Source: Paraspadella gotoi | Lineage: Eukaryota > Animalia > Chaetognatha | Direction of reading: 5' to 3' | Length of the DNA: 64,000 nucleotides | Assembly (NCBI GenBank): GCA_051294375.1 | Contig: CM119269.1 | Span: 3,142,026 to 3,206,025, forward strand | Part shown: positions 30,668 to 45,530 of the stretch, one piece after another | How positions within the stretch are numbered: position 1 is the stretch's first letter | How the letters are laid out: the number at the start of each line of letters is the position of its first letter | Made by a program: the position numbers and the translations under genes | The notes under the pieces: model-generated | Told to the model about the DNA's origin: nothing | Databases searched by the model: none | The model's input: the letters and a program-made list of their open reading frames with translations, nothing else

Positions 30668-33591
30668 AACAAGTTTTGGAGGCAAAACAATGTCGGATCT
30701 GGCCTAACGATAATTTAAATTAATTAATTGATTAATGAATTATTTAATTAATGATTATTAATTAATTAATAGTATTAATTAATTAATGATTAATCTATAA
30801 TTTATATTCAGCTTGTCATCATCGATGTCCTTAAAATGAGTCAGGACAGTTATTAAATGTTTTTGTTTACTTTTATCAAAACAAACAATATCGCTCTATT
30901 ATCGAGCCAGGCTGGCAAAGCGCGTCTGTCTAGATTTTTTTTTTCGGTTTAGCTTTCGGTCTCGCTTTTTTGCAATATGGCTTCTGAAGGTGTGATATCA
31001 TAGGGAGTTGAATTTTCATATATGGCTTCTAATCATCAGATCTTTAAAAATTCTCTAATGTTTCATATCAATATTAGGTATTTGTTTATGTTTTATTTAC
31101 AAAAAAAACGTTTTAAAATTATATGTCGCTCTCCTCTCGTCTCTCTTTTTTCTCCGTCACTGTTTCTTCTAAAAACGAGTTCCGGCTCTGCAGCGTCTGT
31201 CCAGGCTTCTTTCTCTCTCTCTCTTTCTGCTTCTCATTATTTTTTTTTTTTACAAAAATTTTTTTAGATATAATGTGGGTTCCACTAATGTACAAAAACG
31301 ATGCCGCGAAACAAGGCGCGAGAACCGGGTCTTTGGGTAGAGAATGCTCACGCGGGTTCTACGTGCTTTTGCGCCATATTTGTACTGCTCGATTCGTTAC
31401 GAAGTAAAAGGGCTTTGTACGAGCTTCTCTTCTCTCTCTCTTTAATTATTATATATCGTCTTTCTCTTTCTGCTTTTTTTCTCATGAGCGGACTGTCTCT
31501 CTTCTCTCTCTCTTTTCTCTCTCTCTCCTCTTGTCTCTCTGTCTCTCCTGTGTGTGTCTGTCCTATCTGTCGATCTTTTGCGTGATCGTCTTGTTTTTTG
31601 AAAAAATTCTGATTATTTTTTTCCTTCTAAAAACTTTTTTATTATTGCCAGTTTATTCCGCGGCGTTTTTTTCAATACAAAATCCCTATTTTTCATCGAG
31701 ATTTTTCGTGGATTTATTCTCTTTCTTCTTCGCTGCTCTTCTCTGTCTCTTCTCTCTTTTCTCTCTCTCCTCTTTCTTTCCTCTCTCTCTGCTCTTTCTG
31801 CTCTCTCATCTCTCTTCTCTATCTTTACGCTCATACAGCATTGGTTGTTTGTTTTTATTGACTATCACGCGATCAATGCAATGAACAATCTCGAATCATT
31901 CATGAATGACAATCATTCGCATGCACCAGGCAGTGAATGACTATCATCAAGGCATGTTATCAATAATATGATTATCACAGATGGATAAAGATATGTGCAC
32001 ACTCAGATATATACATTCCACTGTCTCTATTTGTAGAACGTGCGAGGGTGAGGATGAGAAATTAGCTATTAATCAATCAATTAGTATTAACCTCAATCAT
32101 TAGCTTAGTACATACAAACAATTCGTTATCGGCATGATTCATTCGTTTTTTCCGCCGTTTTTTTTCAATTAATTTCTCTATGATAGTGGGCTCTGGCTGC
32201 GATCTGTGAGTCTTTTTAAGATTCTTTTTTTATTTTATGTCTCCGTTCTCTCTTCTCTCTCTCTCTTTTTACTCTCTTCTCTCATCTCTCACTCTTCTTC
32301 TTTCTCTTGCTCTCTCTACTCCTCTTTTTATGCAATAGCGACGATGCCATTATGCTTTTAAGATTTTTTTAATCTTGCATCCATTTTTTTTCACACTATG
32401 CAGTAATTTTTTCAACTTGGCATCCTGTCAAACTTTATATCTAGCTAGCTTCTTCACTTCAGCTTTCCCTACCGGTCCACGAAAATTTCATCTCAATCTA
32501 TCATCGGGTTAAATATAAATAAAAGATTCACAGTAAATGTGACTCATATTTTTTTTCATTTAAACAACTTCATTTCCACTGGTACGTTTCCACTGAAACT
32601 TTATAACTGCAAGCTTGCGTCATACGTTTTCCTAACTCCACACAGCAAAAATTTCAAGCTCAATCTATCCATCCATTATGATTAAATTGAGTATTTATTG
32701 GTTAAATAAGTATAAAGATTTTAGTAAATTTCGACTTATGTTTTTTCCATTTAAACTAATTTTCCACTCCACACGATTCCATCGAAATTTTATATCGCAG
32801 CTTTATCACACACTTTCCCTACCCACACACAAAATTTAATTCCAGAATCCAACAGCCAATCACGAGTTTTATTGGAGCTTTTTGCTAAGATGGGACGGAT
32901 GACGGATTGATTGACTAATTAATTAATTTATTTGATTAATTATTTACTAATTGATTTAATTAACTGATTAATTATTTGATTTAATTAATACAGTCGCTGC
33001 AGATACATTTAATATAAAACGGAAATAAGAGCATAATCAATTAGTAAAACAGGGTTTTTGTTTTTTTTTCCATTTAAACTCATTTCCACTCAAACTATTC
33101 CATCGAAACTTGATTTTCCTGTTCAATCACTAACGACTTTCCTACCCACATACAAATTTCCAGGTCAATTCACCATCCATCTTCATGAGCAATTGGTGTT
33201 CAAGATAGTGAATATATTTTTTTGGTTTTTCCTTTAAACTCATTTCCACTCGGACGATTCCATCGAAACTTAATATCAGTGCAATCACACACTTAACCTA
33301 TCCACACACAGAATTCATTAAATCCATCCATTCCAATCCACGATAATTGGTGTTTTTTGCTAAAGGTGGGACGGAACGGACGACGGACGGACGGACGGAC
33401 GGACGGACGGATCAGACAGACGGACGGACGGACATCATTTTTTTTGCATAATTTATCATAATTCGATTGTTCTGACATGATATAAGTGTGTGCCACAATA
33501 TTGAGGGGGCGGACCGACGGACCGAAAAAGTGAGTTATAAGGAAAGTGAGTTATAGAGTCGGGATCTGCGATAGCAGATCCGACTAAAAAA
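30668..33591 (-). mobile_element. Non-autonomous Helentron-like element (HINE/DINE-1/pearl type), copy 1, with internal tandem repeats
   Basis: Right end AGTCGGGATCTGC-gata-GCAGATCCGACTAAAAA (subterminal repeat plus its inverted copy), preceded by (GACG)n at ~33370-33432. Four ~165-190 bp related units start near 32550, 32741, 33061 and 33225. Left end aacaagttttggaggcaaaac (hairpin) followed by GTCGGATCTG, the complement of the right subterminal repeat. The segment 30800-32340 is noisy and may not belong to the element. Confidence 0.7.
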
Positions 33592-34852
33592 TGTTCTAAT
33601 TTTAAAAACTCGGCCATTTGTTCCTCCTCTCTCTCTCACTCATTTCACTCCCTCCTCCTTCCACACACCCCGTCACCCTCCCCCTCCCCCAATGGCTCAC
33701 CCCTTCTACGTTTTATAACCCGATTAACGCACCTCTCCGAGTTTTTCCGAATGCCAGGGGACCTTTTTGTTGTTCTTTTTATTGTCTTGTTTTTTTCGCC
33801 CACGACGCGTTTTTTTAGTTCGTCTTTTAAGACAGAAAAGAATCAGTACAAAGCGACTTCAGAAGGATGAGAGGATATAACGTTTGAGGTAAAATTAAGT
33901 GGAGTAAATTTGGCCACAAAGTGGTGTAGATTTATTATTAATTATTATTATTATTGTTATTATTATTATTTATTGTTATTTATTATTAAAGTATTATTTG
34001 AGATCGACAAGCAAAAGATTAAAGGCCTACCCGACAAAGACAAACGGACCAAAATCAAAAATGTTTTCCCCATACAGAGAGCGCTCGAATCGGACGTCGG
34101 AACAGAGAGACAGGGTAACTGCGATAAGAGAAAAAAAAAGGAAATTATATTTACGCCGCCGAGATAAATAGAGACGGAGTGTGAAGCCTCTTACTTCCGA
34201 GCCAAAGGGGTTACGCCAACGGGGTCGTCCAGAGGGTGGTCATTGGTCAAGGCTTTCGAAAGGGTTCAATAGTTTTGGAACTAAAGGATTTGATTGATTG
34301 TTTGATTGATTAAATGATTTGATTCATTGATTGATCGATTTGTGTATTGATTCATTTCTGGATTGATCGAATCATCTGTTTATTGGTCGATTGATTGATT
34401 GATACATTTAATAGTTGATCGATTCATCTATGGATTGATTTGTGAATTGATTGTTATTGGTTACACCCTTGACATCGACAAAACGTTGGAATTGTCGACC
34501 TCGAAAATTCGAAAACTGATCCCTTTGAGTTTTTGCGCCCCCTCTTTCCCCTTGCTCGCGCCCCCCTTCGGCGGTGTCCACTGTCCAGACGGTCACCATA
34601 AAATCGCGACGAAATGAGCGGTTTGATGTTCGGAGGAAGAGCGCGGGGATTTTTAATGAGAGGAGGAAGAGAAAGAAGGGAATGAAATCCACGGTAAGTT
34701 TCTCTTTCTCTCTCTCTCTCATACACACAAACACTAACTCGCAAGGGGGAGCAAGGCGGAATCATCAAAAACCACTTACCACCACAACGAAAAACGATCG
34801 GAAGATGCGCCTTACCCGTTGCCCCTGATCCAAGAGAGAAGGAAAGAATAAA

Positions 34853-34897
<45 letters not shown>

Positions 34898-35194
34898 TTT
34901 GTTGTAGGTTGAAAAATTCAGGGTCGCGACAAAAAAAAGTTTACTTTCTTCGTTGGTTGTCATCGTCGTCGTCGTCGTTGTAGTTGTTGTTGTTATTGTT
35001 GGTATTGATGTTATTGTTGGACCCGATGTCCTCAGTTTATTTCTCGCGTTTGTTTGTGCAACGATTAGTTTCTTTTAAACAGTGAACGTGTGGGCATCAA
35101 TAGAACCGCTGAAGAACAGGGGGTTCGAGACCGGATACTTGGATTCTTCCTCTCTCTCTCTCTCTTACACTCTCTCTTCACGTCACGACTTTCA

Positions 35195-35275
<81 letters not shown>

Positions 35276-35513
35276 CTCACTCTCTCTCCCCTCTCTCTTT
35301 CTCTCTCTCTCTTTCTTTATCTCCGCCCGAGACGCGACGAGTTCGATTCTTTCATCGCAAAAAAAGTTTTCCTCGTCTTTCGAAACTCGATTCATCTTTG
35401 AACGAAAATCCTCGGGTTTTTTCGACATTTTTTTTTTATTTCTCGCTTTATATTTTATGTTCTTTGTTTTGTTTGTTTCTTTGTTTGTTTTTTTGTTTTT
35501 TTCTTAGTTTGAT

Positions 35514-35605
<92 letters not shown>

Positions 35606-36994
35606 TTTTCCTTTTATCTTTCTTTTTTTTCTTTTCGACTTAAACTTTCCCGCTTGAATTTTTTTTTGTTGTTGTTCACAATTTTCACTGAAAGCTTTAT
35701 TGACATATTAAAGTCGTCCGCCAAATGAGAATCGCCGCGAAAAGGTAACAACAATCAACGACGAAAACCGCAAACGCATTTTTCTAATTTCAACCATTTT
35801 TTTTTCTTTTTATCGTAGTGCTTACTATGTCTTTCAACTCGTGTAGCTTTTTTTTTTTTTATTTTCGATTTCGTCTCTTTATTTCTCCTTTTAATTCACC
35901 TCCTAACGATTTAATCTATTCAGTGAATAGTATTCACCTTCTCGAAGCGAAATGAATCCTCGACTAATGAATAATTCAGTAATGAAAGTTTTACGGTCGA
36001 AAACTGGGAAGAGTCTCTCTTTAGGGCGAAGTTCCGCCGGGCGCCGAAATTCTTTTCGGGCCTTTGACGAAAACCGGAAGAAAATGTGATTGGGAAATGA
36101 AAAGAAGTTTCTGGAAGAAAAAAAAAGCATTTGAAATTAAAGGATTTTTGGATTATTGATATTTTGTAGTTTTTTAACGTTTAACGGTAAAATTTCCTCC
36201 CTAAAAATAACTCTTACATTCATATTTATAAATCTACAACCATTTCTTCAAATTTTATTTTTCATGCATGCAAATTCACTGTGGGTTAATAGAAGGAATG
36301 GCGCCCGACGAAATTTTTGTTTCATTTCTTGCTCGACTTCTGTGTTCTTTTTTTTTTGCTTCTTTTCTTTCGTTCAATTTATTTTTTTTATAAACTTACA
36401 AATGCTTTTTTTTTATCACTTGGACGAATCTCAAGAGTTTTCTTTTTCTATCTCCCAAAAACATTTTTTTTTCAAATCTCAGATTCGACGTCTTGACATT
36501 TTAGAGTAAAAAAAATTTCAGTCGAAAATCTTTGGATTTTCCTTTTTTTTTCATTTTATCGCCTTTTTTCATTTATTGCAAAAAAAATATAGGTGCTTTT
36601 TTAAAATTAGTCTTACGCATAGCGATTTGTCTCTGAATTAAATCTCGGCTATAACCTTAAATTAAAGTTTTTATCGAGAACTGAGCTGGCGCCAACATTT
36701 TCAATTGACGCCTTCTTATATTAAATTTCTCAAAAATTCACCTCCAGAACGAAAGAACAAAACACAAAACTCAAAACACAAAACACAAAACAAATCACCT
36801 CCAGAACGAAAGAACAAAACTTTCAATATATTTTTTCTTTTTGTTTTTTTTCGTCGTAAGGAGTTTTAAGAAGAGAATTGTTTTCTTTCCCAAACACTTT
36901 TCTCTTCTTTTGACCTCATTTTTCCCATTTTTTCTTTCAACTTCTGTTTTATTTATTTTTTTGTCTTCCTTCAAAGCATCTCTCTCATCTCTTC

Positions 36995-37047
<53 letters not shown>

Positions 37048-37275
37048 CTCCCTCTCTTCCCCCCAGGGATGGAAGTCTACTTTTTAAGAGCAAAAACGTC
37101 AAAAAGTCATTAAAGAGTTATTAAGCCTCACCCATTCGGATCTCGGCCGCCGCCGAGAGGGAGGCGCCTCACCATCCCTTAGACGACGCCCACTCTCTCC
37201 CCTACCCGCCCGTAGAGCCCTGCCCTTTTTGTTCTAGATCCCCAACCGACCCGACACCAACCCAGCAAACTCCCT

Positions 37276-37328
37276 TCACAGCAACACCTCTCTTCGCAGC
37301 AACACCTCCCTTCACAGCAACACCTCCC
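37276..37328. repeat. 18-bp tandem repeat (cagcaacacctcccttca), about 3 copies
   Basis: Directly visible. Confidence 0.85.
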
Positions 37329-39059
37329 GATCACCTCATATTTTCGCATCATAAAAAATGAACGTTTTATATTTCGAATCAACTTTCGCCGACTAAACTC
37401 CGTATGAAGTTTTAAGACCTCGACGGTAAAAATTCGTCGGTCAGATTTGTCGGTGAGAATCGTCGGTCACGTCCGTTCTAAGTTAGCACAATTTCGAGCC
37501 GCGTTGCCACCTTTCCCCTCATATTTCGACAACTCGTAAAGACGTAAACGTCATTACTTCCTCTCTTCGTCTTTCTTCAGTCTCGACGACGCGTCGAACT
37601 TACCCTTTCGAGAACTTACTCTTCGGATCAACATCCTTTGTTCCTTGTAATTGTTTGTAACGCTTTGTACGAATCGCCAATTTGCCACACGCGTCAGCCT
37701 CCACACAGCGTCAATCCAATTTAAAACTATCAGTTCTCAAGTAAAACACAAAACAAGGGCTAAACCCCCCGCAGTTTCAGCTACGTACCCCTAAACAAAA
37801 GTTACCCCCCCTCTATCCCCCCTAGCCATACTCCCTTTCTCCCTTTTTGTCTCACGGAACCCCTCCCCTAACCGAAATCCCTCTTTCTCGCTCCGAAGGT
37901 CTTAAAACTGTCCGCCCTTATCTCGCTATTTTGCATCACCCAAATTCTCTTTTATTATTTTCACTCTTTTTCTTTCTTTGTTTTAGACCGGGAAAAAAAA
38001 GTTAATATATTGAAACCAGAAAAAAAAAATATATAAGGTTTACTTTTTTTCCTCCCTTTAATTTTCCCTGCAGGCGCCATCGTTCGACGCGAGCCTCTTT
38101 CAATTTTATTTTTTCCCCTCAATTTTAATTTTTTTTTTATTTTGCGGCGGAGAAATATAAAGCGTCGTAGATTTTTTTTTTCTCACTTTGTCGAAACTCG
38201 ATTCACGTTTTTAACTTTTTACGGTCGAAACGGCGACGACGAAAACGTTACGAAGGCAGTTGCACGGTTGATGACTTTTTAATTTTCGGAATTTAATTCT
38301 TAAGTTGCTTGAAAAAGCCGCGGTAATCTCGCTTAATATCTCTATAAATCGGTTAAGGACAGGAAAAAGGTTTTATAATAAGAAAGATCCGAAATTTTTA
38401 TTTGCTTCCCTACTGAGACGTCAACGGGTTTGTACTTTTAAATGATTTTAAATGCTTAAAATGCCAAGCTTTCCAATCTTTGTTTACTACAACGGAAATA
38501 CTTTGTAGGAAGATCTTAAAGCTTCGACAACTCAAAGCTTTCGTGAATCTTTCTCACAAGAGTTTTTATTTTTACCAAGATCTCAACAAAAAGGGGAGAG
38601 GGTTTTAATCGCCTTTACTACATCCTTTCCATTCAATCCATTTCTTATCGGTTCTGTTCAAAAAAACAAGTCCCTTTGGTAAACTTTGTTATCGCGACTC
38701 GGAAGGACCTCTTGTCTGGTCCCCTCTGTTCCTAAGGAGACCTGACTTCCTGTGCCTGATTAGTTGTTCGAACGACGACGACGACGACGACCTCAAAAAG
38801 TTTTACCTTCAACGAACGAAAACTTGTAAAATTGTTTTTCTCGACTGTTGTATTTATTGGTAACGAAGGAAAAAAAGCTCTTTCCTTACGTATGACGAGA
38901 CCGAAACAACTGTTCTTTCTTTTTTCGCCGTAACCTCGGCCGCGCTGCTTTGGCGCTAAAGTAGCATCGCCCTAAAATTGTCGTTTAAAGTCGTAACTTC
39001 GATCAAGAGATGTCGTTATTCGAAAATGACTCCTAGACGCCGACTGACATCGCTCTCTC

Positions 39060-39152
<93 letters not shown>

Positions 39153-39480
39153 TCCCTATGCTTTCACTCGTTAGTCTCCATTAGTACCTGAATAGTGAAT
39201 TTCATATGGCTGAGTTTTAGAGGTAGCTTAAAGGGCCTTAACTTTGTGCCTAACTAACACTTTGTAATATACCTATACGTATTACACCACATAACTATGT
39301 GTGTATTCAAATGTGTCACAAATCTTTTCATTCCTTCACAAACATTCACATAGTCATGCATTCACACCCAGCACGGTCTTTATCCCATCCCACAATTCCG
39401 GTTCGAAGTTCGAACCTCAAATTCGATCTGGATTGAAGGCCTCGCGAGTTAAGTCTCAGACTTGAAGGATCTTTTTACGG

Positions 39481-39538
<58 letters not shown>

Positions 39539-40655
39539 CTATCTCTCTCTGTTATATTCTACGAACAAAATAAATATTTTCGAGTGACTGTGGGAAAAGT
39601 CATTGTTGTCGCGTCAATAGCTCGTGTGAGCTGCATCGTATTGAGCGACGCATTGTCGTGGAATCCTTTCGGCCCACAACTTTTTGGTAGTATGTATATT
39701 GTATATATGTATTTATATATATGTATATTGTATATATTATATGTATATACTATATTGTATCATTTCTTTTCTCTTGTCGAATTGTTGTCATTTTCTATTG
39801 ACTCAAAAAAGATTTCGGCACTGTGCGATGACGCTTATTTGCGTCCATCTATAATAAGACATTGGTTTGTTCTCTGGTTTAAAATTCGTTTATTTCGAAA
39901 ATTGCCGCAACTCGTTTACCGAAGCCTGTCGCCCATTAACCATTCACCTTCGCCTGCTTCCATCGCCCTCTTCTCTCGCCTGCTGTTCTCGCCTGTCGCC
40001 CTTGCCTGTCGCCCTCGCCTGTTCCATTCTTCCTTATATTTCTTCTTTCTTTGTTCTCCATCTCGCTTCTTTCTTTTTTTCCCAATTCACGTCTCCAGGA
40101 AATTTACGACGAGGGAGAGAGTGAGAGAGAGAGAGATTTTGGAAACAACGGACGGACTCGGGGATATAAAAACGGACTGACGGACAGACGTTCATTCGCG
40201 GCCGTGACGGCGATTTCTTTCAGTCAAACGCTTACAACTTTCGTTGACATAAACGATTCGACTTTAACTTTAAAAAAAAAAGCTAAGAAAAACATTGAAA
40301 GACGAGAGTTCGTACGTTGGAGAGAATAGTTATCTTCCCCTCAGGGTGGATTCGTTATAAATTTGTAAATTCCTCCGACGATTCGAATCGGATGACCTCG
40401 ATTCCAGGATTTCGTTGCCGATCGAGTTACGAAAATAAAAAAACAAAAGACAAATCAGTTTTACGATTTGGAAGAAGAGACACCTGTTGAGTCTTCAGTC
40501 GAATTCGATCCATTAATTCAAGTTTTTGTTTTCTTTTTGTTTTCTTTTTGTTTTCGTTTCTTTTTTTTTTTTCTCAGTATTTTTCCCCCATTTCCTCTTT
40601 TCTCTCGCATTTTTCAACTTCCTTCTTCATTTCCGTTCGAGGGAGGGAGGGTAAG

Positions 40656-40702
<47 letters not shown>

Positions 40703-41815
40703 GAGAGAGAGAGAGAGAGAGTGAGATAGAGAGAGAGAAAGCTTCAATTAATGAGATCTCAAACAAAATCTCATAAAATTGTTAAAATATGATCAAATGT
40801 AAAGAATTTAGCTTTCCAAAACATTAAATACATCAAGAAAGCTAATTCAATGATTTGAAAGAAAAAAAAAAGATTTTGTCGATTCCTTGAAACTCGAAAG
40901 ACTTTGTGTTGCGAGAAAGAATTATGTTTTCCCCCCCCAAACTTTCTCAAAGGTTTTCTTTGTGCCCCAAAGTTTCTCTTTCCATCTGTTGCAAAAATCA
41001 GAAAGAAAAAAAAAAAGAAAAAAAAATCCTTGTCTTCATAAACTCTTGTATTTCTCAACCAAATTTCGTGTAAAACAAAATTTTCGCTTCTCTTAATATT
41101 TGACTTATTTTTTTAGAAACAATTTTTCTCAAAACAATTCATTATTTTCTTTCTTTTTTTTTTTTGACGTCATATTTTCTCTTTTGGTCGACAACAACAA
41201 CTGACGTCGATCCGAATCATTTTAAATTATTAATTTTTTTCTTAAAAACATTTTTTTTAGAAAATAACCCTAAAACGGTTGGCGCTGAGTAAAAATTCTT
41301 AGACGATGGGTCGGGATAAATGGAGACGTTCTTAAGGCGGAGCCAGGTTTTAGAGAAAAGGATAACTTGATTTGGAATCAATTTTTATTTTTGAAATATT
41401 AAAAAAAAAAAAGGAGAGTTTAATGTCAGTTAATTCGTCGATGTCATTCCTAACTTAGAAGTTATCATTTTCACATCGTTTTCCGCCAAAGAAAAAAAGA
41501 AACAAAAAAAAACACCGTCAAAAAAGTCTATTGTTACAAGAAAATACTTTTTTTCTTCATAATTTGTAGCCCAAAACAAAGAACTGAACATCAAAACTAC
41601 TCATCAATCACGAAAGCTAATGAGATGCCATCTTCGTCACAATTGTCGAAATAAATAAGCGAACGAAGTTTTAACAGGTTATCCGACGTCAAAACCACCC
41701 ATAATAGGCGTTTTTTGATTAATATTTTATTTTTTTAACTCTTTATCGGCTGTTTTAAGCCGTTTTGTCTGAAGTCATTTTTTTTCTCCGCCATTGACGC
41801 GACTGTCCAAAGAGA

Positions 41816-41863
<48 letters not shown>

Positions 41864-42149
41864 CGGTTTGCCTTAATGTCGTTGGAGATAAACTGCTTTT
41901 GCGTGGGGAGGCGCGACTGTTGACGACGTTGATGTTCTTTTGTTATTGTTGTCGTTCTTCTGCTATCTTTGTTGCCATGTCAGATATTTANNNNNNNNNN
42001 TTTTCTTCTTCCCCAGTCTCTGCCCTCTCCTCGAGGCGCCAAAGGGAGAAGCACTTACGTCAAGGATTCGACCTTTGAAGTCAAAAGGAATTTTTGACGA
42101 TGACGGAGGTGACGGCGGACGGACGATGGCACGGCCGAATGCGACGAGC

Positions 42150-42760
42150 GATTAAAGACGACGATGAAGATCGGAGCAACGGACGATGACGACGACGATG
42201 ACGCGGACGACGATAAAGACGACGGCGACGACTAAGACGACGGCGAACGACGAATGAAGACGACGGCGACGACGATGCCGACGACGGCGATGACGATGAA
42301 GAGGCGCGATGCGACGACGACGAGACGACGGACGATGAAAGGACCGGCGACGACGATGACGGCGATGACGACGACGACGATGACGCGTGAAGACGACGGC
42401 GACGACATGACGACGACGGACGCGACGACGTAGACTGGAATGACGACGACGATGAGACGACGGCGACGACGGATGTACGGACGACATGAACGGTACGTAT
42501 AGGGACGACGACGACAGACGACAATGAGACGACGACGACGACGACGCGATAGACCGACGAAGAGCGATCGACGATAAGAGACGACGATGGCGAACGACGA
42601 TGAAGACGACGACGGATGAAGACGACGGCGACGACGATGACGGACGACGGCGACGCTTATGAGAGGACGACGAGGACGACGACGAATGAAGCCGACGATG
42701 GACGACTACGGGCAGACGGACGATTGAAGCGACGCGGACGGACGGATGACGACGACCCCG
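42150..42760. repeat. Degenerate (GAC)n trinucleotide tract, ~600 bp
   Basis: gacgacgac/gatgac/ggcgac runs with frequent frame-breaking indels. Confidence 0.9.
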
Positions 42761-43486
42761 GCGCCGCCCCCGACTGACGCACCGACCCCCGGGACATTGA
42801 TTTCCATTGTCTTCCACGACGAAAACTTTTGTTATTTTATTGAGTTATTTTATTAAATTTATATTTAAATAGATGAAGACATATTTTAACACGGTGAAAA
42901 CTTTTTTATTGAAATTTTTTTATAACATAATAAATACAACTAAATGAATATGAATATCCTACAAAATCAAAATGAAAATATATTTGGAACAAAATCGAGA
43001 AAAAAAAAAATTAATCGAAAAAATCGGAAAACCGGAATGCGGCGCTATAATAATTTTTTTTTAAATACAAAAGCATATTTTGAAATATAATTGTACTCAA
43101 TTCGTATAAGTACAATCTATTTCGAATCTTAAGTCAATGTAAATTGATAACTAAATACTTAAACATGTGTGTCATAATTGATGTATAAAATCTCGCGAAA
43201 CTACCAACCATCGATGGGAGTCTTCTCTCCAAAATGTATGATATATAATCACGAAAGAAGAATGAATGAAAGGTTCTTTGGTCTCGAATTTCTCTGACCC
43301 GCGGCGAGAGAGCGAGAGCCGCCGGGGCCGCCGGGTCCGCCCGACCCTCCGGGGCAGAGGGAAGATTGCGAGCTCTTAAAATCTTTGGAGATCGAGAGAG
43401 TTGAAATCCCGGAATGCATCTTCGATGGAGCAGCGAGGAGGAGCAATGGGGTGGAGCTACGTAGAAGGAGACGGTATTTGAAATAA

Positions 43487-43552
43487 GGAGACACGGATGT
43501 AGCGAGACACGGATGTAGGGAGACACGGATGTAAGGAGACACGGATGTTAGG
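43487..43552. repeat. 16-bp tandem repeat (ggagacacggatgtag), 4 copies
   Basis: Directly visible. Confidence 0.92.
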
Positions 43553-44359
43553 AAGAAAATTCGTCAATGACTATGACAGGGTTGGGCAATATTAAAAGAA
43601 AGGCGATTTGCACATATTATGACACATAATTGACAATACTTGACGCTTGATACATAGTTGACGTTTTTTTATATACATTCACTCAATAGCACCACCTTTT
43701 TTTTTAAATTTTTTTTAAAATTCCATCTAAAGCGCTTCATCCCCTTGGAATCTCTGCCTCTCGATTTCCGATCATCTTTACTCGTTTTTTTCATTTGCCA
43801 AGTTTCTGTCTATGACTAAAAAAAAAAAAAAAATGGCAAATGGCCTAGTGTAAAGGTTAGGAACCATAATGCTAATATTCACTCATGATTTTCATTTAAA
43901 AAAAAAAAAATCTTTAAAAAAACCGCAAAGTCGTTAGCTAAGTCATCCGACGAGTCACGTGATTAGCGGAAAGAGTGAAAACTTCTTTCGGATGTAATTT
44001 CACACTTTTTGACGTCGATCGTCGACGGCGATATTCATCACTATTTTCGTAAACCCAGTTATCGTTGTCGTCGTCGTCATTATTTTCGTTATAATTTCCC
44101 CCCCCACCCCCAAAAACTTAAAAACGGCCATCGCCAAACCGAAGCCGGTAACGTCCGCCTTTCCCTTCTCTTCTCCGCCTCTTACTTCCTCCCGTCCCTC
44201 GTCTTCCTTCGTCCCACTGGCTCTCCTCCGCCCCTGTTATCGCCCACGACTTTCTCTCTACTTCACTTTCTTCCGGTCACTCACCCCTCGCCACCCTCTC
44301 AAACCCACCCCCCGCTACCCAGAACTCCGTCCCGCTCTCGGAGGTCTCGTCTTCCCCCC

Positions 44360-44475
44360 TCTTCTCTCCAACCCCTCTCCGCCCAAATCGTCTTTCGTGC
44401 GCTCGGATCGAAATTCCTCGCCTTTCGAAATATCGAGGTGAGGACAAGTCCTTTTGTTCGCGGGACTGAGAGAGA

Positions 44476-44511
<36 letters not shown>

Positions 44512-45530
44512 CAGAGAAGCAAGAGAAGAGAGAAGAGAGAAGAGAGAGAGAGAGAGACGGTGAGAGAGACGAGAGCTATCAGTTCTAAGTGCTAGACGAG
44601 CGGAACCCCAAGGGGATTAGGGTGGAGGGTTACAAAGTTCGTGACCTCTGATAACGAAAAAATAGTTCAGCATTAAATTCGTTCCCCAAAAGGATACCGA
44701 TGAAGTATTGTTGTAACAAACAACGAAGCGTTACCGATCAACGTAAAAGTTCATAATTATACCAACCTCGATTGTTAGAAGTACAAGTCGTCGAGTATCA
44801 GATACGTCGTCACACACAGATTCCCGCTGAATTCACGACAAAAACAAAGAGACGTAAGCCACACTTCAATAATCTAACACGAGGTTGATCCGATAGCTTC
44901 ACGAATTTTTTCACTCCTTCGACGCTTGTGAATTCGTCTGCATATTTTTTTCACTGATCACCCCCCCGAATGGCGGCCTGCACCCCCTTTTCGTCGGGAG
45001 CGTTTTGCAAACATCTACACCTCAACCGGCTCCACCTCCTTTACTCTCTCGTCTCTCTCGTCTCTCTTTCTCTTCCTCTCTGTCCTTCTCTCTCGTGCTA
45101 CCACCTTCCTCATTCTCTCCATCTCTCTCTCCTCTCGCCACCCATCCCCCACCGACCTCATCTCTCTCATCTCGATCTCGATCTCTCTCTCTCTTCACTC
45201 ATCACCCTCTTCCTAGATGAAATCCAGAGTGAAAACATCCCTGCCATCTAGACGGCGCACCCGCTTTCGCTGCTCTTTGGGTCCTTTTACGTCGAAGTTT
45301 CGTGATTCATACAAATCACTCAATATTTTCATTTCCTTCCTATCCAGCTGGTGCATTGTTGTAGTTAATCAATCCGTCGTCGTCTTTGTTCGTCGTAACG
45401 TCGTGCCGATACGTATGTCGATCGTTCATTCTCGTTGTTTTAAACTTTTCCCTACCCATTGTGACACCTTACAAAAGTTTTTTGAGAGATTACATGGCAT
45501 GTAATGTCGTTAACTACATTCTAACTCTCT
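44360..45530 (+). repeat. Direct duplication, copy A (copy B at ~53800-55050)
   Basis: Colinear anchors: ccgcccaaatcgtctt, gaggacaag, agttctaagtgcta, gataacgaaaaa, tagatgaaa..ccagagt, tttcgtgattcat, agtttttt.gagag. Confidence 0.85.

Noticed and set aside
39400-39416. Short palindrome ggttcgaa-g-ttcgaacc
   Set aside because: An isolated 8-bp stem with no supporting context.
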